A DNA stretch of 64,000 bases, taken from the UHGV virus genome UHGV-1362809. One strand, given 5' to 3'. Both the position numbers and the translations under genes were made by a program. Shown here piece after piece: positions 20,021 through 29,533 of the stretch. Below the pieces are notes generated by a model that saw only the letters and a list, made by a program, of their open reading frames with translations, was not told where the DNA came from and did no database searches. The DNA comes from a virus. Every line of letters starts with the position of its first letter. Within the stretch, counting starts at the first letter, position 1.

Positions 20021-21856
20021 TTATTGTACACTAAAGAAATACGTAAGGTATCCATTAAATGGATTATTACCCAACCAGTTTGTACCGAGCCTTATCATAT
20101 TAGGAATACGTTGTAGGGATACAATATTAGTATGAGTTTCTTTACCTATCTTGATTGCTACTTCATAATTATTTTCATTGGGAGAAATCTGTACGAGAAG
20201 TTCTGTATTTAATAATAAAGTACCTATTTCTATTTCTTGTTTTACTCCAGAGTCTATAACCTCTAAAACTATATAAGGAGTATGCTCCCGCATCTTGCGA
20301 ACTATATTTATACAGTTAGCAAAATCCCTACCGTATCCTAGCACAAAACATTCGTTATAATCTACGGTATCTTTTAAAAACTGGAAAAACAAAGTAGAGT
20401 TTACAATGTTTTCGTCTGTACAAATATAAGTATCGCTTACACGGCGTAAGTCTTTCGCATTGGTAATAATAGGGGACGTCGGTATTTTTCCGTCAGTAAG
20501 CTGCATTACTTGAACTTTCGGATCAGGTTCTATAACTAATTCTGTAGGCTTACTTACTGAAAAAGACATAAATTCATTTATATCCAGAGTGACATCAATA
20601 GCCCCGCTTAATTTTGTTTTACCGCTAAACCCAAAAGATTTGTACACATAAGTACCTTCGTCCAACATTATGGTCTTGGTGCCTATCACATTAGAATACG
20701 GAATATAATTTGTAGCTTCTCCTTCTAATAATATACCTCTATTAGGAGCTATTCTAATTGTGTTAGCAGGTACAGTTTCTATCATATTGTAACCAAGCCT
20801 ATCCTTTGTTACATAAGAAGCTGCCGTATTGCGATAACATACCCAATTTGCTGGTAAGTATTTCGTTGGCTCTCTCCATAGATTGCCATAGTATACTTGC
20901 ATAAAGAACCAACTTATGTCACGCTCAACTCCGTCTAACACGCATACAGTTCTACCGGAAGTATATAGGTCATAGTCACGATGCGTAGCCCAAGTGTACA
21001 ACATTCCTTCATATTGCGCCCACACAGGTATAGTATCTGTGAAAATCGTATGACAGTCTTTACTATGCAACAAATACAAGCTACCTTCGTCGCAATAATA
21101 TACACCAGATACAGTACCTAACACTAATTGAGCGGGTGCCACTTTATAAAACAAATAGTGTACGTCGCTATCGTCAATAGGAAATTTACCAAAGTCAAAC
21201 TCTAAGTCTACATGGGAAGTAGGATAATACTTATCCTCATAGTAGGATGACTTATTTATATCAGGTAAATCACCCTGTTCAGCATACTCAGGAATAGATC
21301 CATAAGACACACTATCCGAGGCATTATCGTAAATCCACCCATAGTCTACTTTGTGTACAGCTTCTTCACTTATCAATCCATAATCTAAATTATGACTGGT
21401 ATTATCATAGATACGAGTATATTTCGTCAAAATAGAATTTTGTTTTACAAACTCTGAATTTCTTTCAAAGGTTATGTAGTCTTTAGTCCATAAAGGGAAC
21501 GCTGTAAAATGTGCTCCTTTTACTACACCAATTAAGTCTAAATAATAGTTTGTACCTTTTTTCTGTTGGTATTGTCTTAATACATATAGAAGACGTACAT
21601 ATTCCTCGTTTGTAAACAAATCATTTTTGAATACAAATCCACAATCCGTAGCGTTATTTACATTTACTTCACGGTCGCTTATCTCATAATCGTTAATACC
21701 CGCTAAACGTTTTAACTTTGGCTCAAAGTACAATTTAAAGACAACAGTAATACACTCAAAGAATTTGTACCACACTGTATTTTCGGTGTAAGAACCAAAC
21801 AATAGGCGCGTATAATCTATATCAATAGAATCTACTACATTATTAGTGTATTGCAT
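20021..21856 (-). CDS. Baseplate or tail structural protein (611 aa; Mu gp48 / P2 gpI position)
   Basis: Synteny: it follows the J-like gene in a Mu/P2-like order. Confidence 0.35.
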   Translation of the reverse strand: MQYTNNVVDSIDIDYTRLLFGSYTENTVWYKFFECITVVFKLYFEPKLKRLAGINDYEISDREVNVNNATDCGFVFKNDLFTNEEYVRLLYVLRQYQQKKGTNYYLDLIGVVKGAHFTAFPLWTKDYITFERNSEFVKQNSILTKYTRIYDNTSHNLDYGLISEEAVHKVDYGWIYDNASDSVSYGSIPEYAEQGDLPDINKSSYYEDKYYPTSHVDLEFDFGKFPIDDSDVHYLFYKVAPAQLVLGTVSGVYYCDEGSLYLLHSKDCHTIFTDTIPVWAQYEGMLYTWATHRDYDLYTSGRTVCVLDGVERDISWFFMQVYYGNLWREPTKYLPANWVCYRNTAASYVTKDRLGYNMIETVPANTIRIAPNRGILLEGEATNYIPYSNVIGTKTIMLDEGTYVYKSFGFSGKTKLSGAIDVTLDINEFMSFSVSKPTELVIEPDPKVQVMQLTDGKIPTSPIITNAKDLRRVSDTYICTDENIVNSTLFFQFLKDTVDYNECFVLGYGRDFANCINIVRKMREHTPYIVLEVIDSGVKQEIEIGTLLLNTELLVQISPNENNYEVAIKIGKETHTNIVSLQRIPNMIRLGTNWLGNNPFNGYLTYFFSVQ

Positions 21857-21861
21857 AGGAT

Positions 21862-23322
21862 TTATCCAATCAAACTATCGGCTGACCTTGATGTGTATTC
21901 TGTTGTTATTTTAAGATTTCCAAGTTTTAAAAACTCTGTTTGCTTAACAATAAAATCTACCTTTGGATAATTAAGACGATAGGCATCTAAGTATACATTA
22001 CCAGCAGTTAGAATGGCATTTTCAATATCTGACATATATATTGACTTACCAAGTGTACCAACCTTTGGTGCAAATAACTGTCTAATTGAATCCTCTACGG
22101 AAGAAGCAACAGTTTGTAAGTTAGCAGAAGGTAAACATAACAAAGTAACATCTATATCTACTAAATAGCTAACGGGGTCTACTCTTACAAATTGTAAGTT
22201 TGGAATCGTATAATAAGTCTGTAGCCAATTTACCAAACCATCAAATTTAGAATTATCCCAAAGGTCTGTGGTTAGTAAGGTCAAAACAATTACATTCAAC
22301 CATTCTTTTCTCTTTGGTGCGATTTCAGCCTGCCCTCTTATTACACAATCTACAACCCCTTCGTATGTACATATTATAGCTTTTAAGTCGTCTCTTGTAA
22401 CCGCACGGTTGTTTGTTGCACTAAGGGAGGCACCCATCTGCTGATAAAAATAGGCGGAGCGTGCCATATCTCCCCCGATTAATCCTGTGGTGGTAGTACC
22501 TTGAATGTCCCCACCTTGTAAAGACACAGACTGATTGTCAGCGGCTGACTGTGCATCTGACCCAGAAGTATTAACATAGGTAAAAGTAATAGTTTCTCCT
22601 GCTAAAGGAGATTTACCATACTTATTATCCCCAAACTTTATCTGTACAAAACCATCGGCAGTAGTGTTTTCAAAAAACTTCATATCTGAGGCTTGGAAGG
22701 TAAACAACCCGTTTAAGTCTCTTTTCCATTCTATACCATTGACATAGCAGTATACGTCTTGGTCAGAAATTTCGTAGGCTTTGTCACCAATTACATAAGA
22801 TTGAAAGTTGTCACCATTAGAAACAAAGGATTGAGTTTTTACTTCGCCTTGGTACAGCACAACGTCATTTATTTGAGCTACGCCTGCATTAAACAATAGG
22901 GCAGTACGATTGAACAGTTTGACACCATTCATACTAAACTGGGAAAGTGCTGGTATACTATATCTCGTAGACGTACTTTCTCTAAACAAATCCACTTTTA
23001 CAGAAGCAGATATGTTTCTCTGTATGTGTACACCTTGGTCTCTTGCCTTCAAATAAATACTTGAAGTTAGTTTAGCCGTACTGTAATACAATTCCTGCAT
23101 AGCACTTTCTATGCTGTACTGACTAAAGTCTCCAATCATAGCAATTTGGTCTAACAGTATACCAATAGTAGATGCAGGGGCTAAACTGGCTAAGTACTCG
23201 TCATTAGCCATACGAGTGTACAACTGTTGTCTAATACCATCATAAGTGGAGTTAGAAAAGTCTATTGTAGAATTTGTAGACGTTGTGTATTTCAACAAGT
23301 CGGATACATTATTTATTGACAT
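21862..23322 (-). CDS. Baseplate J-like protein (by synteny)
   Basis: Immediately downstream of the gp25/W-like and spike genes. The size is compatible. Confidence 0.4.
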   Translation of the reverse strand: MSINNVSDLLKYTTSTNSTIDFSNSTYDGIRQQLYTRMANDEYLASLAPASTIGILLDQIAMIGDFSQYSIESAMQELYYSTAKLTSSIYLKARDQGVHIQRNISASVKVDLFRESTSTRYSIPALSQFSMNGVKLFNRTALLFNAGVAQINDVVLYQGEVKTQSFVSNGDNFQSYVIGDKAYEISDQDVYCYVNGIEWKRDLNGLFTFQASDMKFFENTTADGFVQIKFGDNKYGKSPLAGETITFTYVNTSGSDAQSAADNQSVSLQGGDIQGTTTTGLIGGDMARSAYFYQQMGASLSATNNRAVTRDDLKAIICTYEGVVDCVIRGQAEIAPKRKEWLNVIVLTLLTTDLWDNSKFDGLVNWLQTYYTIPNLQFVRVDPVSYLVDIDVTLLCLPSANLQTVASSVEDSIRQLFAPKVGTLGKSIYMSDIENAILTAGNVYLDAYRLNYPKVDFIVKQTEFLKLGNLKITTEYTSRSADSLIG

Positions 23323-23324
23323 CG

Positions 23325-23765
23325 TTAGACTCCACCAGTAATAATATCTATATTAGAATGTATAAATACTTTCATTTTTGTTTCGCCAAGTTGCGAGGTA
23401 TTTTTATTTTTCCAATAAAGGGCAATATCATAACATTCCAAGTCATAGTCAGCAGTTACATCAATATCCCCAAATTTAAGGTCAATTTCTTCCACCCATT
23501 TTGTAATATTCGTATACAACATCATTTTTATATTGTCAGCAACAGTTTCCGCCATGGGTTCAAATAAAAAGAACTCTAAGTTTCCACCAAAAGTAGGTTC
23601 AAACATACGGGAACCAAGACGAGTAAAAGCATTAGAAGACGTCAACAGCACATTGGTAATTTTGTTGCTTATAACATCGTTGTTATAAAGTACTAATCTA
23701 CTACTATCCTTTTGGTACTGACTATTCAAATCATAAATATATACATTACTTGCCATAATAAACAC
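23325..23765 (-). CDS. Baseplate wedge gp25/gpW-like protein (146 aa)
   Basis: Size and position directly after the spike gene. Confidence 0.4.
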   Translation of the reverse strand: MFIMASNVYIYDLNSQYQKDSSRLVLYNNDVISNKITNVLLTSSNAFTRLGSRMFEPTFGGNLEFFLFEPMAETVADNIKMMLYTNITKWVEEIDLKFGDIDVTADYDLECYDIALYWKNKNTSQLGETKMKVFIHSNIDIITGGV

Positions 23766-23768
23766 CCT

Positions 23769-24785
23769 TTATACAAAATTATTGATGTTGGGCTTTACAG
23801 TTATAGGATTTGGCTGACGTTGTTCAGGAGGTTCAGGCATATTTTTATCTACATCAGGGGACATTGGGGAATCTGCCGAAGGAACAATAGGAGTCGGTAC
23901 AGGAGAAGTTTCAATAGTTGCACCTCCAAAACAGTTGAAGCCCCAGTTTATAACCGTTGCCATGTTGGTGTCTGTAACCGTACAAGACATAAATTGAAGA
24001 CCTTGACAGCTAACTGATCCACCGCCTATATCTAACGTACCTGCCGCCAATGTACCTGTACCAGTAGACTCAATATCAAAAAATGAAGTAGCCTTTTGAC
24101 TGTTAGCTTCACTTGTAAGAATATAGTTTGTAGTATCTATTTTGTAGGCTTGTGTATTATAAGTAATTGAATTATTTGCCTTTACCGAAATAGATTCCGT
24201 AGCCTCTATATTTATATTCTTAGCCTTTATATTCAAATTTTGCGTGGTTGTTATATTAGAGTCACCTTGGATTGTCACATTTAGTCCTGGATTATTAACT
24301 CCAGGACCAATGTTATTGGTATTTATCGTGAGTCCGTTATTATCAAAAGTAAAGGAAGCTCCACTTATTAACTGTACTCTAACAAATCCCTTGGTCTGGT
24401 TAAAGATAAATAAATTACCAGCTGAATCAGTCCAGCCTCGACAGTTAGGATAATCCTCTAAAAACTCTTGACTTGGTAAAATATCAGAGGAATAAGAAGC
24501 TCCGAAATAAAGTGTTGAATATAAATCATCCGAACAAAATAGTACCCATACTTGGCTACCAATCTCAGGAATATTAATACCTCCAACATTAGAAGCACAC
24601 GTCGTATTTAAAGCACTCATAGACCAAGGAATATTTTTGTCGGAGGTATGAATACCATCAACACGGGCTCTAATTCTACCTATTTTTAAAGGGTCATTAT
24701 TATCTATAACAATACCTCTAAAAATTTTATGTGTAAGATAGTATGCGTCCTGATTTATTTCTCTAGACTGATTAAATAATGACAT
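23769..24785 (-). CDS. Baseplate central spike / hub protein (P2 gpV / Mu gp45-like)
   Basis: The N-terminal VIDNNDPLKIGRIRARV matches the vdDP..GRv.v OB-fold signature of gpV/gp5-type spikes. Confidence 0.55.
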   Translation of the reverse strand: MSLFNQSREINQDAYYLTHKIFRGIVIDNNDPLKIGRIRARVDGIHTSDKNIPWSMSALNTTCASNVGGINIPEIGSQVWVLFCSDDLYSTLYFGASYSSDILPSQEFLEDYPNCRGWTDSAGNLFIFNQTKGFVRVQLISGASFTFDNNGLTINTNNIGPGVNNPGLNVTIQGDSNITTTQNLNIKAKNINIEATESISVKANNSITYNTQAYKIDTTNYILTSEANSQKATSFFDIESTGTGTLAAGTLDIGGGSVSCQGLQFMSCTVTDTNMATVINWGFNCFGGATIETSPVPTPIVPSADSPMSPDVDKNMPEPPEQRQPNPITVKPNINNFV

Positions 24786-24789
24786 AGAT

Positions 24790-25932
24790 TTACACCAAAT
24801 TAATATTATTGATATTCTTACCAGTTGTAGACAATAAAAATCTTTCGTGATAGCTCAAATCATCGGAAATCATTTTTACTTTGGCTACTACAATATAGGT
24901 ACTTGTATCATTAGTAGAGTATTCATCGTTGTTAATACTTTCTACCTTTACCAAGTCGAATAGCTGTATGTTCGACTCCGTAGAAATAACTGGTAAGTAG
25001 TTAGAAGAATATAAACATCTTAATCTCTTATTTTGATGGTAGGCTTTCCAGTAGTTAGGATGCGTATTACCACAATCTACATTACCAAACTCAGCTCGTA
25101 CACAAGAGATATTATTATTTATATTTTTGTTGACGTTTACTTTGTTGGAATACCTCTTGTTGAACGTAATTTTTGAAAATACATCTGTACCACCATCCAG
25201 TTTTGTATCTATTACCTTGTACTTGTATCCATACAAATAGTTATCAGCTCCATAGTCATCCTTATAAATAGAGTTTTCTACTTTAAAACTGTTTACACCA
25301 TCAATGGGAGAAACCTTATAAAAATATCCTTTTATACCACTCGTCAAAGGTAAGTCAGAAATATTTTTATACTTTAGGATACCGTCTTCTGTAACTGCAA
25401 CCATCGCACAGCTACCGTCTTTAAAATAGGCATAATCGGAAATACGTTGCGCCCACTGACCATAGGATAAACTGCCTGAATACCAATCCATATAATCATT
25501 TGCCAGTAAATTAACGTCTGGTTTAAATCCGCACTCGGTAGCAATTCTTGCAATAGCCTGACTGCTGTTACAGTTGTTGTAGCAAGTAAAAGGTCTATCT
25601 CTAAAGTACTTAGGGTTGGCATAAATTCCATATATGGTATATACTTTACCGTTAGGAACATCCACTATATCTGGTTTTCCTGAAAGTACAAATGGAATAG
25701 TTCTTACTTTACTATTAGCATTAAGACTACGCATTTGTATCAAAATAGGCATACCGTCTACCAAAGGTACACTTTCAAAGAAACCTCCTACGTCATCCAA
25801 AATTAAACGACATTCAGGTAGAAGTTTAAGTGCGTCCTGGAATATACATATAGACTCAAACGTGTTCGTACTAAGAGCATAGGCGCACCCGCCGATAATC
25901 AAGTTTGCATCTAATACATTGGCTATTTGCAT
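24790..25932 (-). CDS. Baseplate hub/assembly protein (Mu gpP-like position)
   Basis: Synteny only. Confidence 0.3.
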   Translation of the reverse strand: MQIANVLDANLIIGGCAYALSTNTFESICIFQDALKLLPECRLILDDVGGFFESVPLVDGMPILIQMRSLNANSKVRTIPFVLSGKPDIVDVPNGKVYTIYGIYANPKYFRDRPFTCYNNCNSSQAIARIATECGFKPDVNLLANDYMDWYSGSLSYGQWAQRISDYAYFKDGSCAMVAVTEDGILKYKNISDLPLTSGIKGYFYKVSPIDGVNSFKVENSIYKDDYGADNYLYGYKYKVIDTKLDGGTDVFSKITFNKRYSNKVNVNKNINNNISCVRAEFGNVDCGNTHPNYWKAYHQNKRLRCLYSSNYLPVISTESNIQLFDLVKVESINNDEYSTNDTSTYIVVAKVKMISDDLSYHERFLLSTTGKNINNINLV

Positions 25933-25941
25933 TATTACCTC

Positions 25942-26322
25942 TTAAAATGTAACTTCGGTATTAAGCTCACTGGTTGAAGTATCTCCTAACTCTGTCAATA
26001 TACTTGACAAATCAGGTATTTGTAGGGTATCTCCAACTTTTAAATTTAGAGGATCAATAACACCGTTTTTACGGGCAATAATCCACCATGCAGTACTCGT
26101 TCCATAATAAGTAACAGACAAATTAGGTAAATTATCACCTTCCTGCCATACATAGTAGTCCAATATAGTACAGTTATCAATTACTTTGAAATAGGAATTA
26201 TTTAAACGGTCTTTTAGAGTTAGTCCTACTACCTGTTTACCCTTACCTATATTTACAGAGACATTAGGGACAAAGTTTGATCTATCATAGGTGGAATCAT
26301 AAAAAGTTGAAACCTTGACCAT
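25942..26322 (-). CDS. LysM-like tail protein (P2 gpX-like)
   Basis: YYVWQEGDNLPNLSVTYYG...IIARKNGVIDPLNLKVGDTLQIPD resembles a LysM motif. Confidence 0.4.
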   Translation of the reverse strand: MVKVSTFYDSTYDRSNFVPNVSVNIGKGKQVVGLTLKDRLNNSYFKVIDNCTILDYYVWQEGDNLPNLSVTYYGTSTAWWIIARKNGVIDPLNLKVGDTLQIPDLSSILTELGDTSTSELNTEVTF

Positions 26323-26333
26323 GTTAATTCTCC

Positions 26334-27347
26334 CTATCTTTTAATAACTGAGGATATAGCCGTCTGGGCAGCTGTTGACCTATGAGGACGATTAGAATCC
26401 GCACCAGTAAACCACTGATACAGTTCTTCCCTTGTTGGTGGGTATAACAATTCAAATGTTGCTGAAGCCTCTGCGGAAACAGGTAAACCACTCGGACCAT
26501 AAAACATACTATCTATCTTGGGGTGTATAGATGTAAGAACAACATTTTGCACGGTCATATATTTACCAATTTGCAAGGTAATAGCTTCATTAGTGTCTTT
26601 GTTAATAAGTTTATTGTTACCCTCAGCAATACTTTTAAGAACAGCTCTGTTTTTCTCCGAATTAAGGTTTCTCAGCGCACCAGTTATATCTACTGTTTTT
26701 GACGTTAGGTTTTTACTAAATCCTAAAGCAGAAGACCCATAGTTAATTGCTCCTGTAACTGCACTTATTCCTTTATTCGCCAAACCAGTAGCCTTATCCG
26801 ATATTGATGTGTCAGCAGCTAATGAATCTAACGCATTTAAGGTAGTACGGGCTATAATACGCATCAAATCTGGTCCAGGAGCTTCCAACATTAACCCTCT
26901 ATTACGAGGCATGGTCAATGATAGTAAGCGAAGTAGAGGCATTACTACTTCATTTAACGGACTTTCATAGGCATTAAACTGAAAATCAAATGAAAAGGTA
27001 GGGGCTTCGTTACCTTTCCAAGATTTGATTTTCGTAATACGGGAGTTTACTTGATAGCCAAAACCAGAGGCAAAATTATCTACTGTTTCTACTGCGCCTT
27101 TTAACATGTTACCGAACAAAGGAGTTTGTCCAAGTAAATCAGGTATAAAAGGAGACCACTTAGAAATGCTACTAAATGTAACTTGTTCTGGTAAGTACAC
27201 AGTAATAGGATCAGTACATTTATCTCCGATATAAATTTTTAGGTTGTAATTCGGGTTATTGTAAGGGCGCGAAATGTCGGATTCAAGTTTATCAGTGAGT
27301 CCCCACTTATCCTTAGCAAAACCTTTAACACTATCCCATATACCCAT
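26334..27347 (-). CDS. Tail/baseplate protein (337 aa)
   Basis: Position between the TMP side and the baseplate hub. Confidence 0.3.
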   Translation of the reverse strand: MGIWDSVKGFAKDKWGLTDKLESDISRPYNNPNYNLKIYIGDKCTDPITVYLPEQVTFSSISKWSPFIPDLLGQTPLFGNMLKGAVETVDNFASGFGYQVNSRITKIKSWKGNEAPTFSFDFQFNAYESPLNEVVMPLLRLLSLTMPRNRGLMLEAPGPDLMRIIARTTLNALDSLAADTSISDKATGLANKGISAVTGAINYGSSALGFSKNLTSKTVDITGALRNLNSEKNRAVLKSIAEGNNKLINKDTNEAITLQIGKYMTVQNVVLTSIHPKIDSMFYGPSGLPVSAEASATFELLYPPTREELYQWFTGADSNRPHRSTAAQTAISSVIKR

Positions 27348-27359
27348 ATTATTCTCCTA

Positions 27360-29525
27360 TTACATTGTTTGTAGTTCAGCCTGTCCAGTACCATTTGCTC
27401 TTATAGGTAATTCAATTTTCGTATCAGGGTTTCCACGTCTAAACTTAGTGTCCCTAATGGTCTTGGACGCTTGATTAAGTTGTTTAGATACGTCTACCTT
27501 ATTTTCTTTGTTAAAAACATAAGAACTAGCAGTAGTTGAAACATTATCAATTTGTGAAGACATAGCTGTAGGTAAAATATTTCTCGGTGCATTTATAGTT
27601 TTAATTTTAGTAATATCCTCAACATTAGTACTTCCTAATTCATTCCTAACTTGCGGGTATTCCTTAATCAAACCGTCGTCGCTAATACTTCCCGTAATTG
27701 TACTAAGTACTCTTTGTCCACTATCTTCACTATCTAGTAATCCATACTTAACTGGATTTAGATACCCACCCCAAGCTAACTGTAGATCATTATCATTTGT
27801 ATAAATATCATCCCCAACCTTTGTAACTCTAGCAAAGCTATTTCCACTTTGATAGAGTAATACGTCTCCATTTTTAAGACTTTTTAGTTTTTGATAAAAA
27901 TCAGGATTATGTTTTTCATCCTTACTAACTAATGCCTGCATGGTCATTAGGTCATTAGAGTCTCCCATATTATAAATATCTGTCAACAGAGACTCAGGAT
28001 TATACCATGCAAATTTTTCTTTATTACCTTGTTTCTTTTTATTGGATATCTGTTTTTTATGGGAAGAAACTTTTTTAGAGGTATTTTTACTTTTGGGGGC
28101 AGTAGATTTTGGTGTCTCGCTACCTGACGTGGGATTAACCCCAGCATAGGTATTTAGATATATAAGTTGTGCATCAGAAATTGGTTGAGCTAACTTATCT
28201 ATACCTTCTATTCCTGTTTTCGGTAAAACATTTTGATAAATAGTTTTAGATGGGTCCCCGAACACTGCCTCTTTTGCTAAGTCCTCAACTGTAGCAGGTT
28301 TTTGATTGGCAATAACTGGATCGTACACAGATTTAGGACGTTCAATTTCAGGAACCTTTGGTTGTTCTTTAGGAGTATCTGTTTTATTTTCAGTATCCAC
28401 GGTTGGGTCATCGCTAGACAACCACTTCCATAGGGCTAAACCTGAAAAAATTGTTACCAACTTTAGTATTTCATTAGCAACCTGTCCTACCTTAGCCCAA
28501 AAACTCGTATGTTTTTCCTTTTTATCATCCTTAGCACCAAGCAACTTGAATAAACGGTCGTCAGCTTTACGCAACATATCCTCTGTAGCTTTTATGTCAC
28601 GCTTATCTTCTTTACGTTTATCCTTTTCCCTGTTTATTCTATCGGACGCCTTTGCTGTAGGAAGTTCCATAGGTTCTGGCAGTACTTGTTCGGTCAAACC
28701 TCCAAGTTCAGTTTGTTTTATCGACGCTTGTTTATTTACTCCAGCGTCTAAAAACTTTTCAAACCCTACTTTTGTACGTTCTTCTTTTAACTTTTTGAAA
28801 CTAAGTCCTTCAAAACGTTCTTCTTTAGGACGCATACGGACTTCTTCTTTAAGGTCTTCATCATCTCTCCAACCAATTTCATCTCTGGCTTCAGCGATTT
28901 TGAAGTTTAACTCGTCCTGTTTCTGTTGTTTTTGCTGTTCTTCCTGTTTAGCCTTGACAAACTGTTTTATAGCATTGTCAACACCACGGGTACTCCAATT
29001 TTTGAAGAATGTAGTTTTTCTATCAGTAGCTCCAGATAAGGACTTAGGTAACTCTTTTTTACCCCTGTTCTTTTTTAATTCTCTGAGCTGCTGTATATAG
29101 TGCTGATACTCATCTTTAATGTAATCAGGTAGGTCTTCGTCCTTTATACGTTGTTCAGCTAACTTTGTACGTTCAACAATAACGTTTTTGTCTAAATGAG
29201 CCAAACGGTCTTTTATTATGTCAATATTGACGGAAGCCGCTTCTTTTTTAGCCTCTAAAGTATCTTTACTTATACCCTTTGGCAATTTACTGGCTACAGA
29301 GTTGTAATCACTTATTTTTGACTGTTCTACCTTAAGAATTTTTTGTAAAGCAGATGGATTCGTTACCTTGTACAAATCCTGCACTTGTTGGTTGGTAAGA
29401 GGCTCAGGCGTCTGTAGAGCAGCTAATGAATCCTTAATCCAACCCTCTGTTTCAGGGGTGGACAATTCGTCATTAGTATCTTCAGGTTTGGGAGCCTGAA
29501 CTCCAATAAATTCCTCGTCACTCAT
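27360..29525 (-). CDS. Large K/E-rich tail-associated protein with one predicted TM helix (721 aa)
   Basis: VANEILKLVTIFSGLALWKWL is a hydrophobic segment. The remainder is coiled-coil-like and charged. Adjacent to the TMP. Confidence 0.4.
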   Translation of the reverse strand: MSDEEFIGVQAPKPEDTNDELSTPETEGWIKDSLAALQTPEPLTNQQVQDLYKVTNPSALQKILKVEQSKISDYNSVASKLPKGISKDTLEAKKEAASVNIDIIKDRLAHLDKNVIVERTKLAEQRIKDEDLPDYIKDEYQHYIQQLRELKKNRGKKELPKSLSGATDRKTTFFKNWSTRGVDNAIKQFVKAKQEEQQKQQKQDELNFKIAEARDEIGWRDDEDLKEEVRMRPKEERFEGLSFKKLKEERTKVGFEKFLDAGVNKQASIKQTELGGLTEQVLPEPMELPTAKASDRINREKDKRKEDKRDIKATEDMLRKADDRLFKLLGAKDDKKEKHTSFWAKVGQVANEILKLVTIFSGLALWKWLSSDDPTVDTENKTDTPKEQPKVPEIERPKSVYDPVIANQKPATVEDLAKEAVFGDPSKTIYQNVLPKTGIEGIDKLAQPISDAQLIYLNTYAGVNPTSGSETPKSTAPKSKNTSKKVSSHKKQISNKKKQGNKEKFAWYNPESLLTDIYNMGDSNDLMTMQALVSKDEKHNPDFYQKLKSLKNGDVLLYQSGNSFARVTKVGDDIYTNDNDLQLAWGGYLNPVKYGLLDSEDSGQRVLSTITGSISDDGLIKEYPQVRNELGSTNVEDITKIKTINAPRNILPTAMSSQIDNVSTTASSYVFNKENKVDVSKQLNQASKTIRDTKFRRGNPDTKIELPIRANGTGQAELQTM

Positions 29526-29533
29526 TTTGACCT

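Noticed and set aside
28306-29100. 264-aa plus-strand ORF
   Set aside because: It lies antisense within the 721-aa minus-strand gene. Its Ser/Leu/Cys-rich low-complexity translation is typical of a shadow ORF opposite K/E-rich coding sequence. No RBS.
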